A stretch of 64,000 nt of DNA from Promethearchaeota archaeon (lineage in GTDB: Archaea > Asgardarchaeota > Lokiarchaeia > Sigyniarchaeales > SOKP01): the NCBI GenBank assembly GCA_048939995.1, contig JBHLOY010000009.1, positions 100,854 to 164,853 on the forward strand, in the 5' to 3' direction. The position numbers and the translations under genes are program-made. This document shows, in pieces, positions 47,959-58,228 of the stretch (position 1 is the first letter of the stretch; each line of letters begins with the position of its first letter). The notes under the pieces are model-generated. The model saw only the letters and a program-made list of their open reading frames with translations. It ran no database searches and was not told the DNA's origin.

Positions 47959-49815
47959 TTAATGTACTGTTACTGTTTTTGCTAGATTTAGTGGCTGATC
48001 TGGGTCTAATCCATGTTTTAACGCGGCATAGTAAGATAATAACTGTAATGCGGGAATAAAGGTAATTGGACTAAATATATTGTGATAATTATCACTAGGT
48101 TGAGGTATTCTAATTGTTATATCACTCAGGTTGGTAATTTTTTTATCATCATCTACTACCAGTGAGATAATTTTACCTCCTCTTGCTTTAAATTCCATGA
48201 CATTTCCTACTAGTCGCTCATAAGTTTCATCTGGAGGAGCGATAAATATGATTGGAAAGCCTTCTCTTACTAATGAGATTGGCCCATGCTTTGCATGGGC
48301 TGCTGAATAACCTTCGATAAATCGGCAAGCAACTTCTTTTAATTTCAAGCCACCTTCTTTTGCTGTGGCAATTGAAATCCCTCTGGCTAAATAAAAGAAG
48401 TTGTGACTCTTATCAAGGCTTTCTACAAGACTTTTTATTAATTCAATATTTTTTCCTAAAAATTCTTCTATAATATCAGGAGTTTTATAGAGCGCATCGT
48501 AATATTTTTTTATCTCCTCATTTGGGATCAGTTTTCTTAAAACTGCTATTTCTAATGCGATTAATGAGAGTGTAAGCACTTGCGTACAATAAGTTTTTGT
48601 TGCAGCGACCCCAATTTCGGGTCCAGCTTGTGTATTTATTACTTGATCTGAATATCTAGTAAGAGAAGACCCTATCACATTTGTAATTGACAAAACTTTA
48701 ATTTTTTTGCCTAATTTTTCTTTTGCCCATCTAATAGCTTCAATCAAATCGATAGTTTCTCCTGATTGTGAAATAGCAATAATAACAGAATCTTCTTTTA
48801 GAGCGTCACCCAACTGAACTTTAAATTCTGAACATTCTATTGCTTCAATATATTTATCTAGAAACTTGGTGATAATGAACTTGCCTGCCAATGATGCATA
48901 AAAAGATGTGCCAGCTGCCGTGATATAGATATTTTTTGCACCCCACAAAATCTTTGCAAAGGTTTTAAGCAATTCTTTGGATATTCTCATTGATTTCCGT
49001 AAAGCCAAAGGTTCTTCATATATTTCTTTTAACATGAAATGCTCGTAGCCTCCTTTTTCTGCTGCGTCAATGGTCCAATCAATTTTCTGCATCTCCTTAT
49101 CTTTTGGATTATCGATTTCATTAATATTATAAAATTTAACTGATCCAGGGCTTAAAACAGCCATCTCATCATCTTCCAATATAAAACAATTACGAGTATA
49201 CGGTAAAAAAGCGGGTATATCCGAAGCACAATAAGAAGTATTGTCTTTATCCAATCCAACTACGATTGGTGATTCCTTTCGTACAGCAATAATGGTATGG
49301 GGATAATCAGCATGACAAATAGCGACACCATATGCGCCTTCACATCTTTGGACTGCTTTTGCAACAGCATTTTTGAAACCCAAATTTTCATTCATATATT
49401 CTTCTACTAAATGGGGGATGATTTCAGTATCAGTATCAGATACAAATTTATGTCCTTTGGATTGTAATTCTTCCTTTAATTCAATAAAATTGTCTAGAAT
49501 ACCATTATGAACCACTGCAATTTTTTCATGACAATCTACATGGGGATGACTATTAATTTTTGTTGGCGCTCCATGAGTTGCCCATCTCGTATGAGCTAAT
49601 GCTAATTTAGACCCATTAGGAAATTCATCTAGCTTAAGCTTTCTATGAATCTCGTCAATTTTTCCCGCATCTTTTTTTATATATAATTTTGAATCGAATA
49701 AGGTTACTATCCCACAAGAATCATATCCACGATATTCTAATCGTTTGATACCTTCAAGAGCTATTTTACCAATCGAAAGAGTTTGATTAGTAATGACCCC
49801 AAATATACCACACAA
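47959..49815 (-). CDS. glmS: Glutamine--fructose-6-phosphate transaminase (isomerizing)
   Basis: TTG start; MCGIFG, LEYRGYDS, HTRWATHG, SQSGET, VAATKT, LKLKE, KHGP, NLAKTVTV. Confidence 0.96.
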   Translation of the reverse strand: MCGIFGVITNQTLSIGKIALEGIKRLEYRGYDSCGIVTLFDSKLYIKKDAGKIDEIHRKLKLDEFPNGSKLALAHTRWATHGAPTKINSHPHVDCHEKIAVVHNGILDNFIELKEELQSKGHKFVSDTDTEIIPHLVEEYMNENLGFKNAVAKAVQRCEGAYGVAICHADYPHTIIAVRKESPIVVGLDKDNTSYCASDIPAFLPYTRNCFILEDDEMAVLSPGSVKFYNINEIDNPKDKEMQKIDWTIDAAEKGGYEHFMLKEIYEEPLALRKSMRISKELLKTFAKILWGAKNIYITAAGTSFYASLAGKFIITKFLDKYIEAIECSEFKVQLGDALKEDSVIIAISQSGETIDLIEAIRWAKEKLGKKIKVLSITNVIGSSLTRYSDQVINTQAGPEIGVAATKTYCTQVLTLSLIALEIAVLRKLIPNEEIKKYYDALYKTPDIIEEFLGKNIELIKSLVESLDKSHNFFYLARGISIATAKEGGLKLKEVACRFIEGYSAAHAKHGPISLVREGFPIIFIAPPDETYERLVGNVMEFKARGGKIISLVVDDDKKITNLSDITIRIPQPSDNYHNIFSPITFIPALQLLSYYAALKHGLDPDQPLNLAKTVTVH

Positions 49816-49979
49816 GTGTAATCTTCTCTTAAGAGTGAATTAGAGGCTTTATAATTCAATTAATTTTAATCAATTAATAATTTTTTGTTATTTTGATAGA
49901 TTTAATGTAAATAAATTAAAAAATAATGTTAAGTATTTAAAGAATATCTGGCTAAGATGACATTTTTCAACAAAAAGCA

Positions 49980-51101
49980 GTGAAATTTTTGAATGAGAAA
50001 GAGAATGATACTAATAGAGATAATCTAGGTAAATTAACAGAAAATGAGATCTTTGAAATTCCAGTTGTGTTAAATAGAGCGACTCAACAAAAGGAATTAA
50101 TAAGTAAAGTTGCTAAAGAGCTAATTAATAGGAAAATTCATCAAATTTACTTAATAGGGGCTGGTAGTTCATATCACGCTGGATTTGCTATGTCTTATAT
50201 GTTTAATCGCATAACAAAGATTCCCACTTTTACGGAATTTTCAATGGAGTTTCAATATTTAATAGAACCTATTTTAAAGGGATATGATTGTGTCATTGCA
50301 TTATCTCAAAGTGGAGAAACAAAGGATACAATTGATTCTATTATTCTAGCTAAACAAAAAGGATGTCTAACTATTGCGATTACGAATAATTCAGAATCAA
50401 GTTTAGCAAAAAATTGCGATTTCTTTATTGAGTTAAAATGTGATGAGGAGAAGTCAGTATTAGCAACTAAGACATACGTGTCAGAATTAGCTGTATTAGC
50501 TATGTTATCTCTTGAAATTAGTAAGGAAAACAAATCAATCTCAAATGAAGAATATAATAAGATATGGGTTGAACTAATACGTATACCCGACAGAATTTAT
50601 TCAGTTCTCCCTCAAATACATGAAAAAGTAAAGAAATTTGCATTTCATTTTAAAGCTACTAAATATTGCTTTATTTTAGGGAGTGGTCCTGAATACGCTA
50701 CAGCAATGGAAGCAGCGCTTAAGTTAAAAGAAGGTGCTAGGATCTTTGGACAAGCCTATTCTACTGCTGAATTTCCACATGGTCCAATTACTCTAGCTGA
50801 TTCAGAAACATGTATTTTAGCCATTATACCTTATGAGGATGATAGACGGAAGATTAAGTTGCTAGATCTACTGAATCGTATCAAACAAAAACAGTCTACT
50901 ATTTTGGGAGTGTATGAGTTGGTTGAACAAGATAAATTACCAGAACCATTAGATTATGGCATTGAAGTTCCAAACACTCTAAAAGATTTACAACCCTTAA
51001 TTATGATTTTAGCTATCCAATTATTAACTTTAGAGATATCTCGAATTAATAATATAAACTGTGACACTCCAAAGTTTCTCTCAAAAGTAAGTGAAATTTA
51101 A
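49980..51101 (+). CDS. Double-SIS-domain sugar-phosphate isomerase/deaminase (GlmS C-terminal-like, GlmD-like)
   Basis: GAGSSYHA, SQSGET, SVLATKTY, EAALKLKE, EFPHGP, PKFLSKV; no glutaminase domain. Confidence 0.88.
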   Translation: MKFLNEKENDTNRDNLGKLTENEIFEIPVVLNRATQQKELISKVAKELINRKIHQIYLIGAGSSYHAGFAMSYMFNRITKIPTFTEFSMEFQYLIEPILKGYDCVIALSQSGETKDTIDSIILAKQKGCLTIAITNNSESSLAKNCDFFIELKCDEEKSVLATKTYVSELAVLAMLSLEISKENKSISNEEYNKIWVELIRIPDRIYSVLPQIHEKVKKFAFHFKATKYCFILGSGPEYATAMEAALKLKEGARIFGQAYSTAEFPHGPITLADSETCILAIIPYEDDRRKIKLLDLLNRIKQKQSTILGVYELVEQDKLPEPLDYGIEVPNTLKDLQPLIMILAIQLLTLEISRINNINCDTPKFLSKVSEI

Positions 51102-51110
51102 ATGGACCCT

Positions 51111-52535
51111 TTAGATTAACTCTATTTTTTCCATTTTATTTTGGATTAATTGATTCGTTTGTTTAGTATCTTCAAGGTTCTTATTAGATTCACCTGAGAT
51201 TCTTAAATAGGGGCTAGTACCAGAGCGACGAATGAGAATCCAACCATCTTCATAATCAAATCGACAACCATCCAATTGGTTGACATTTTTTATTCTTATT
51301 CCTAGCTCATCAAATGTTTCTTTTATCTCTTCAATGATCTTCTTGTTAATTTCTTCAGTAAAGGGGATATCTTTCTTTAATCTAAATTGACTAGCATAGT
51401 AGGGATAATTAGGAATATCCAACAATAATTCCTTTAAACTTTTCCTAGTTTTAACAATCATTTGTAAAACATTAGCAATTGTGACTATAGAGTCAGGTCC
51501 ATAATGAAATTTGGGCCAAATATAGGTTCCTGATGTTTCTCCTCCTAAAAAACCTCCAAAAGCTTTTAAGGCTAATGCAACTTTGATATCTCCAACTTCT
51601 GTTCTAATTACCTCGCATCCTAATGGTTGTAATACATCTTCAATTAAACTTGAGGAATTAATGGGCGTTACAACCTTCATATCATTTTTAGGTAATGTAT
51701 TTTTGTTATCTAATATAAATTGTTTAGCCATAAGTGCTAATAATCTAATAGGATCAACAATTTCTCCATTTTCATCTAAAAAGATAACTCTATCGGCATC
51801 TCCATCAAGAGCTATTCCAATATCCTCTTGCATTGATATTTTCAGAAAATTTGATATTTGCATTAGATTTTCTCTACTTGGTTCACTCATCCTTCCGGGA
51901 AATCTTCCATCCATCTGGGCATTAATCGTCACAATTTTAATACCATATTTACTTAGTAGATGGGGTACGATATCACATCCAGAACCATTTCCAGGATCGA
52001 CAATTACATTTAATTTACTGCCATCAAATAAAATGCGATTAGTAATGTCCAATATATGGATATCATTAATATCATTAATCGCTGTTACCTTACCAATTTC
52101 GTTCCATTCTATTTTAATAAAATCCTTATCATTGTAGATTCTTTCTATTTCTTCTTCTTGTTCTGGGGAAAATCCAACCCCTGAGGGATTCCATAGCTTT
52201 AATCCGATATATTCAGGTGTGTTATGCGATGCTGTAATCATAACGCCTACATCTGCATTTAGATATCTTAATGACATCGCTAATGTTGGAGTAGTCACCA
52301 CGCCTAGTGTTTTAACGTTTGAACCTGAACTTATTAATCCAGAAATTAAAGCATATTCGATAGGTAAAGCAGAAGTTCTAATATCCTTACCGATTACAAT
52401 AGTTCCACTATTTACATAAGTTCCAAGAGCTAAGCCTACTTCTAATGCCATTTGGGGTGTAAACATTAGATCTGATTCTGAATAACTTTGAAAGACGCGC
52501 CTAATCCCAGAAGTACCAAAAATATTACTCGTCAT
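51111..52535 (-). CDS. glmM: Phosphoglucosamine mutase / phosphohexomutase
   Basis: FGTSGIR, ITASHN (phospho-Ser), DGDADR, GGETSG, RRSGTSP; next to glmS. Substrate specificity is inferred from context. Confidence 0.85.
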   Translation of the reverse strand: MTSNIFGTSGIRRVFQSYSESDLMFTPQMALEVGLALGTYVNSGTIVIGKDIRTSALPIEYALISGLISSGSNVKTLGVVTTPTLAMSLRYLNADVGVMITASHNTPEYIGLKLWNPSGVGFSPEQEEEIERIYNDKDFIKIEWNEIGKVTAINDINDIHILDITNRILFDGSKLNVIVDPGNGSGCDIVPHLLSKYGIKIVTINAQMDGRFPGRMSEPSRENLMQISNFLKISMQEDIGIALDGDADRVIFLDENGEIVDPIRLLALMAKQFILDNKNTLPKNDMKVVTPINSSSLIEDVLQPLGCEVIRTEVGDIKVALALKAFGGFLGGETSGTYIWPKFHYGPDSIVTIANVLQMIVKTRKSLKELLLDIPNYPYYASQFRLKKDIPFTEEINKKIIEEIKETFDELGIRIKNVNQLDGCRFDYEDGWILIRRSGTSPYLRISGESNKNLEDTKQTNQLIQNKMEKIELI

Positions 52536-52825
52536 AAGCTTGCTTGATTCGATTCAAGTGGAAAGAAATATGATTATAATCATATTTAATTAAAGGAATA
52601 TAGCATTCATATTAAATTTATTTTAACTTTAATTGAATTAGGGTTTATATTTTCTTTTTTCAATAAGGGCAGAAAATAATCCTTAATTAATTTTGATCTC
52701 TTAAATGGATGGTTCTTCAATTTAATTCAATAAGAGAAAAATATTAATGTATTATTTAATTTATTATCATTCAATAGATTCAGATTTCAAGAGTAATAAT
52801 TTTTTTAAAACTTTGGTAACTTTTA

Positions 52826-54304
52826 ATGATTTTCCAAGGCCTTTTTAACATTTTAAGCTTGTATTTAGATGATATTGATCTTTTTTATAATGCAATTGAC
52901 TCATACCTACGAGAAAAGATTAATGAGGAATTTGAAAACATTGCTATAAATAAAGAGGATCTAGATGATAAACTTGATGAGCTTATTAGAATTTTCAAAA
53001 AGGAATTTATAGAAATGGATTTTGATGCTGAAGAAATAGAAAATAAATTTTTAGATCCTTCCTTAGAATTAAGCCTTGAAGATGAAAAGAATATTAGATC
53101 TGTTTTAGAACTTTATGAAGAAAAAATTTCTCCTATTGTTGTTGAAATTTTACTCGAAAAAATTGTTGATTATCTAGTAGATGTCACCATTTCCCCATTG
53201 ATATTAAATTTGAAGTCAAAAGGATTATTACCATTAGAATTTATTATTCAATTACGAAATTTGAAAGATCTACTCGATGATAATCCAGAAAAAAAAGAAA
53301 ATTTAAAGAAATATATTCAAATTAGAGAGAAATTTATTAGAAAGTTAAATCAAAACAAATCTAAAATCGAAAGTTTAGAAGATTTAAAAGATACAAGGGA
53401 TAAATTACAGTTAATATACCTTATTTATCGGATTATTAGTTTTTTCAATTTAGAAAAAAGATTCGATTTTTCTCATATAAAAGAGTTTATTATAAAGAAC
53501 GTTAAAGATTGGCTAATGACAATTCCTTTGGTAACCTTAAAAAATCCGGATCTTTATTTTTGCGGATTATTTTTAGCTAAAAGGTTGAATATAAAACTTG
53601 ATCGCAAAAAAGTGATAAATTTTTTATTAGAGTTATATGAAGAAGGTACTGATGAATTTGAAGCTCCTTTAGTAGAAGCTACAGACGGCTTATACTATTT
53701 TTTAAAATCCACACATTTCATGAAATTATGGCTAACTGATACTCAAATCAATAGATTAATTGATACCGATTCTAAATTTTTTGAGTCAAGTTACTTGAAA
53801 AATTTAGAGACTTCCCAATTAGTTGTAATATTAAAAATATACAACTTCCTTAAAATACAAAGAGTACAACAAGGTTTAGATACTATATTGGATGAATTAG
53901 AAAAAAGAATTACTCCTGAGGGAATTAAGCAGTATAGAGATGGCTTCTTTTCATCCGAAGCGACATATTATGTATTATTTGCTAATTATATGAGGAATAC
54001 ATTGGAAAAGTTGAAAGACTATGACTTTTTGGATAGTATAGTTTCAATTATTTATAGAAATTTAGAACTTCTTGAATTTTCTGCGGACATGAATTTTGAT
54101 TTAATCTCCGAGCTATTTTATTCATTTGAAAGTCTGAAGTTATTTAACTGTATAGAAACTAAACAAATGATAATCCAGCTTGCTAAATACCTATTTCCAA
54201 AAGTAGTGGTGGAAAAGATATCAGTAAATACAGAAATTATTAAAACAAAAGCAAGATTTAGGCATTTTAAAGTAGATAAAGTGACTGGCGAAACTATCTA
54301 CTAA
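52826..54304 (+). CDS. Hypothetical all-helical protein, C-terminal half possibly prenyltransferase-like alpha/alpha barrel
   Basis: 492 aa; recurring helix-end motifs DLYFCG, DGLYYFL, GIKQYRDGFFSSEATYYVL. The fold call is weak. Confidence 0.55.
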   Translation: MIFQGLFNILSLYLDDIDLFYNAIDSYLREKINEEFENIAINKEDLDDKLDELIRIFKKEFIEMDFDAEEIENKFLDPSLELSLEDEKNIRSVLELYEEKISPIVVEILLEKIVDYLVDVTISPLILNLKSKGLLPLEFIIQLRNLKDLLDDNPEKKENLKKYIQIREKFIRKLNQNKSKIESLEDLKDTRDKLQLIYLIYRIISFFNLEKRFDFSHIKEFIIKNVKDWLMTIPLVTLKNPDLYFCGLFLAKRLNIKLDRKKVINFLLELYEEGTDEFEAPLVEATDGLYYFLKSTHFMKLWLTDTQINRLIDTDSKFFESSYLKNLETSQLVVILKIYNFLKIQRVQQGLDTILDELEKRITPEGIKQYRDGFFSSEATYYVLFANYMRNTLEKLKDYDFLDSIVSIIYRNLELLEFSADMNFDLISELFYSFESLKLFNCIETKQMIIQLAKYLFPKVVVEKISVNTEIIKTKARFRHFKVDKVTGETIY

Positions 54305-54407
54305 ATTGATTTTATCATTTAGCAATCAATCATTTTTTACACTAAATCATAATTTTAAATTAAATCTAATCATTTTAGTAAGTTAATAAATTAAGATTGC
54401 TTGATAA

Positions 54408-55886
54408 TTGATGAAATTAAAAAATTTTGAAATTATATATAATGAAAATCGATTTAAAATTGAAGAAATAGAAAAAATACAAATTAAGTTAAATGAAATT
54501 GTTGGTAGTAAAAATGTTTCCGCAGATGAAATTGACCTTTTAGCTTATTCAACAGCTCTTTTAATTTCACTAAATTGGTCACTACAAGGAAAAATTCCTG
54601 GATTACCCGACTTAATTGTTTGGCCGGAAAATAAGTTTCAAATTTCAGAAATCTTAAAATTAGCAAATACTGAAAAAATTCCTGTTATTCCTTATGGGGA
54701 AGGCTCTGGAGCTGTTGGAGGTACTATACCACTTCAAGGGGGAATAATACTAGATATGAAAAAATTTAATAAAATTCTTAATATTAATGATAAAAATCTT
54801 ACTGTTACTGCTGAATCGGGAATTAATGGGATGAATTTAGAGAGATATCTCAATGCTAAAGGGTATACTTGCGGTCATATTCCACAATCACTCTACATGT
54901 CATCATTAGGAGGGTGGATTGCTCATAAAGCAGCTGGTCAGTTCAGTACAAAATATGGAAAAATAGAGGATATAGTATTAGGTATGGAAATGATCCTACC
55001 TCAAGGAGAAATTATTAACTTCAAGCCCATAGTTCGAGCTTCAACGGGACCTCAACTTGATAAATTCTTTATTGGTAATGAAGGAACATTAGGAATTGTA
55101 ACTGAAGCTACATTGAAAATTTGGCCTTATCCTGAAGCACGAGCATTAATCTCCTATGTATTCCCATCAATTGAAGATTCCTTCAATGCTACTAGAGAAA
55201 TTCTCAGAGAGCATATTTTCCCCGCTGTAATTCGAATTTATGACCAGTTTGAAACAGAACGTCATTTTCCCGAAATAGAGAAGGCTAAAGACAAAGTGAT
55301 GGTTGTATTCGTATGCGAAGGAAATCAAAAGCTGGTTAATCTAGAAGAAGAAATTACTAAGGAAAAGTGTGAAAAAAATAATGGTGTTAGTTGTGGTCCA
55401 CATCCTGTAGAACACTGGTTTGAAACAAGGTTTAGAGTTACAGAAACTTCTACTATGCCACCCTACAAGATAGTGTTTGATACTCTGGAAATAGCATCAT
55501 CATGGGACAATGCAGCAAAAATATATCATAGCGTCATAGATTCTATGAATGATTTAAAAGGAGTAATGATGATAACGGCTCATATATCACATTTTTACCC
55601 TAATGGAGTTGGTGTTTATTTTAGTTTTGGAGGAGTTCCGGATAAAGGAATTTCAGATCTAAGTTTTTACCAAAAATGTTGGGATACGACAATTAAAGCT
55701 GTTTTGAATGCAGGTGGTTCAATTGCTCATCATCACGGCATCGGAATCAATAGATCGCATTGGATGGATGATGAGTGGGGAAAATCCATGCAAATAATGA
55801 GAAGAATTAAAGACTTACTTGATCCCAATAATATCCTTAATCCAGGAAAAGTATACACAAATATTTGGAAAGGAAGTGAACAATAA
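54408..55886 (+). CDS. FAD-linked oxidoreductase, alkyl-DHAP synthase (AGPS)/YgcU-like
   Basis: IPYGEGSGAVGG, GHIPQS..MSSLGGWIA, GQFSTKYGKIED, GNEGTLGIVT, HISHFY..G..VYF, AHHHGIG, DPNNILNPG. Confidence 0.87.
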   Translation: MMKLKNFEIIYNENRFKIEEIEKIQIKLNEIVGSKNVSADEIDLLAYSTALLISLNWSLQGKIPGLPDLIVWPENKFQISEILKLANTEKIPVIPYGEGSGAVGGTIPLQGGIILDMKKFNKILNINDKNLTVTAESGINGMNLERYLNAKGYTCGHIPQSLYMSSLGGWIAHKAAGQFSTKYGKIEDIVLGMEMILPQGEIINFKPIVRASTGPQLDKFFIGNEGTLGIVTEATLKIWPYPEARALISYVFPSIEDSFNATREILREHIFPAVIRIYDQFETERHFPEIEKAKDKVMVVFVCEGNQKLVNLEEEITKEKCEKNNGVSCGPHPVEHWFETRFRVTETSTMPPYKIVFDTLEIASSWDNAAKIYHSVIDSMNDLKGVMMITAHISHFYPNGVGVYFSFGGVPDKGISDLSFYQKCWDTTIKAVLNAGGSIAHHHGIGINRSHWMDDEWGKSMQIMRRIKDLLDPNNILNPGKVYTNIWKGSEQ

Positions 55887-57158
55887 ATGGGAGTATTTGA
55901 AACTTTGAAAAAGTATAAGTGGGTGCTGCCCCTTATTAATAAAGCAGATAGAGAGACTAAAGCTACTCTTCTAAAAAATTTTCGCAATAAAAAGAAAGAT
56001 TATTACCCCAAGGGGGAATATAAAGCCGATGTTGATAATTTAATTAAATGTATGCTCTGCCCTAACATGTGCCGTTTTGATTGTGGTACTCTTCAAGCAT
56101 CTCAAACAGAAACTATGAGTCCAGCATACAAAGCAAAAATAGCGTATTATCTCTCAATTAATAGAATTGATCCAACTAAAGATGAAAATAAACAGTTTAT
56201 TGATCTCATGTATAAATGCACCAATGAGGAAAACTGCAAGATATGGTGTCCCTTTGATTTTTCAGTAGTATCCTTGTTAGAATCTGTGAGGGATGATCTA
56301 AACGATAAGGGATTAATGCCAGATTATTGTAAAGTCCAAATTAATAAATTAATTAAGACAAAAACAATAGAAGATTATAATATTTTTGCAACTTACAAAG
56401 AAAAAGGAATTCAAAACATCGAAAGTAAGGGTGACGATGAGGTTTTCTACTATATTGGATGCGAGACGATGAAGTTTCCTAAAATAGTGGGAGCAAACAT
56501 AGAAATATTAAAAAAGGCAGGGGTCAAGTTTTCTACGAACTTAGAAAAAAGAGTATGTTGTGGAGCTCCTTTATTTAATGTAAGAGATTTAGAAAACGCC
56601 GGAAAATTCGCTAAAGATAATATTGAATTAATTAATAATACCGGAGCAGATTTGGTGATTTCCGACTGTCCTGGTTGTGTAGTGGCATTATCTAAAAAAT
56701 ATGAGAAAATAGGGAAGAAACTAGATAAAAAAGTTATTCATATCGTTGAATTTATTAAAAAGTTAATAGAAGAAGGTAGATTGAAACCAAAAGTTATTTT
56801 ACCAGAATTTAAGAAAGTTACTATTCACGATCCATGCCTTCTGACTAGAAATCTAAAAGATAATCTTTCAATAAGAGATATTCTGAAATCTATTCCACAA
56901 TTGGAAGTTATAGAACCTATTTATAATAGAGAGTATACCCATTGTTGCGGTTGGAGCGGTACAGCTCATTGGGCAGACCAAAATCTTGCGATTAAAGAAG
57001 CTTCTATAAGAGTAAATGAATTAAAGGAAACAGGATGTAGGTTCTTTATAACAGCATGTCCATTATGTGAGCTGGGATTAAGTTATGGAATACAAAATTC
57101 TGAAAAAAGTAGCTATAAAATTATGGATATTTCTGAGCTTTTAATTAAGGCTTTATAG
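55887..57158 (+). CDS. Fe-S oxidoreductase with ferredoxin motifs and two CCG domains (GlpC/GlcF/HdrD-like)
   Basis: CMLCPNMCRFDC, CTNEENCKIWCP, GC..VCCG..CPGC, HDPC..HCCG..CPLC. Confidence 0.88.
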   Translation: MGVFETLKKYKWVLPLINKADRETKATLLKNFRNKKKDYYPKGEYKADVDNLIKCMLCPNMCRFDCGTLQASQTETMSPAYKAKIAYYLSINRIDPTKDENKQFIDLMYKCTNEENCKIWCPFDFSVVSLLESVRDDLNDKGLMPDYCKVQINKLIKTKTIEDYNIFATYKEKGIQNIESKGDDEVFYYIGCETMKFPKIVGANIEILKKAGVKFSTNLEKRVCCGAPLFNVRDLENAGKFAKDNIELINNTGADLVISDCPGCVVALSKKYEKIGKKLDKKVIHIVEFIKKLIEEGRLKPKVILPEFKKVTIHDPCLLTRNLKDNLSIRDILKSIPQLEVIEPIYNREYTHCCGWSGTAHWADQNLAIKEASIRVNELKETGCRFFITACPLCELGLSYGIQNSEKSSYKIMDISELLIKAL

Positions 57159-57164
57159 GATGAG

Positions 57165-58091
57165 CTAAAACACTTGTTGTTCGGGTAGTTGTCCAATCTC
57201 AAATTCCCTTCCACTATAATTCAAGTAAAATTCATTGGGAAAGCTATACCACAATTTTGTGGTCGCTTTGAAACCTGTGCAATGACATGGAGATAATAAT
57301 TGAAAATTATATCTTCGTAATCCTTCGATTGTTTTATCAATATATGAATCTTGACGTCTTACTAAATGGGTTCCACCTATTAGCCCATGAAATTTACTAA
57401 AACTTCCAAAGCGTGCTACTTGATTGATTATATTAAGCAATCCCGCATGAGCACAACCAACCAATACAATGGGCCCAACATCTTCAACATCTGCCCATAA
57501 AGACTGATCATCTAAAATGAGATCGTCAGCTTCAGTACCATCTATAATTTTGACTAATTTTTCACCTTCGTTTAATTCCATTACTCTTTCAAAAGAGTTT
57601 CTTTCAACTTCACCCGTAGTCCAAACTCCCGGCACTATCTCAATCGGTTTAGTTGAAAACACAACTTTACCTCCAGCAGCTTCTATTTTATCTAAGCTTT
57701 GGTCTTCATGAATTCCGATTTCTCTTTTTTTACCATTAACCTTAATATGATAACGAGAAAAGAAAGCTTCCGGATGTGTATACAATTTAACTCCGCCTGT
57801 GGATTTCGAAACCTCTACTAATGCCCCTGCATGATCCCAATGTCCATGACTGAGAACAATAGCATCAAGCTCATTAATGTTAGCTTCAAATACTTTAACA
57901 TTATGCATAAAAACGTTTTTATCTCCACCTGTATCAAACAATATTTTTCTTGGCACGTCAGATGCATCTTGAAATTCTAAGAGAAAAGAAAGTCCCCAAG
58001 AACCCCAACTTTTGCCGCCCACCATATTCTCAACAAGAGTTAAGATTTTTAAATTCCTTATAGGTTTTATTGTCATTTGATAATCCCTCAA
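57165..58091 (-). CDS. MBL-fold metallo-hydrolase (MJ0301/pterin-linked family)
   Basis: ILFDTG, LSHGHWDHAG, DDQSL, GCAHAG, IGGTHL, PCHCTG. Confidence 0.9.
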   Translation of the reverse strand: MRDYQMTIKPIRNLKILTLVENMVGGKSWGSWGLSFLLEFQDASDVPRKILFDTGGDKNVFMHNVKVFEANINELDAIVLSHGHWDHAGALVEVSKSTGGVKLYTHPEAFFSRYHIKVNGKKREIGIHEDQSLDKIEAAGGKVVFSTKPIEIVPGVWTTGEVERNSFERVMELNEGEKLVKIIDGTEADDLILDDQSLWADVEDVGPIVLVGCAHAGLLNIINQVARFGSFSKFHGLIGGTHLVRRQDSYIDKTIEGLRRYNFQLLSPCHCTGFKATTKLWYSFPNEFYLNYSGREFEIGQLPEQQVF

Positions 58092-58228
58092 TATAATTTT
58101 TATGATTAAAAAATAATCTTAATATCTTAAGAATTTAATCATAGCTATATGGAAGAAAAAAAGAAAGTATAAAATATGACATGCATCTGAATAATAAATA
58201 ATATCAATTAAAAATAAGACGTGGATTT

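Noticed and set aside
51583-52137. 184-aa plus-strand ORF and similar short overlapping ORFs (e.g. 2228-2488, 21057-21347, 24600-24986, 36504-36803, 39842-40162)
   Set aside because: All lie antisense to well-supported genes, are Ser/Ile/Phe-rich as expected for reverse-strand shadows, and have no motifs.
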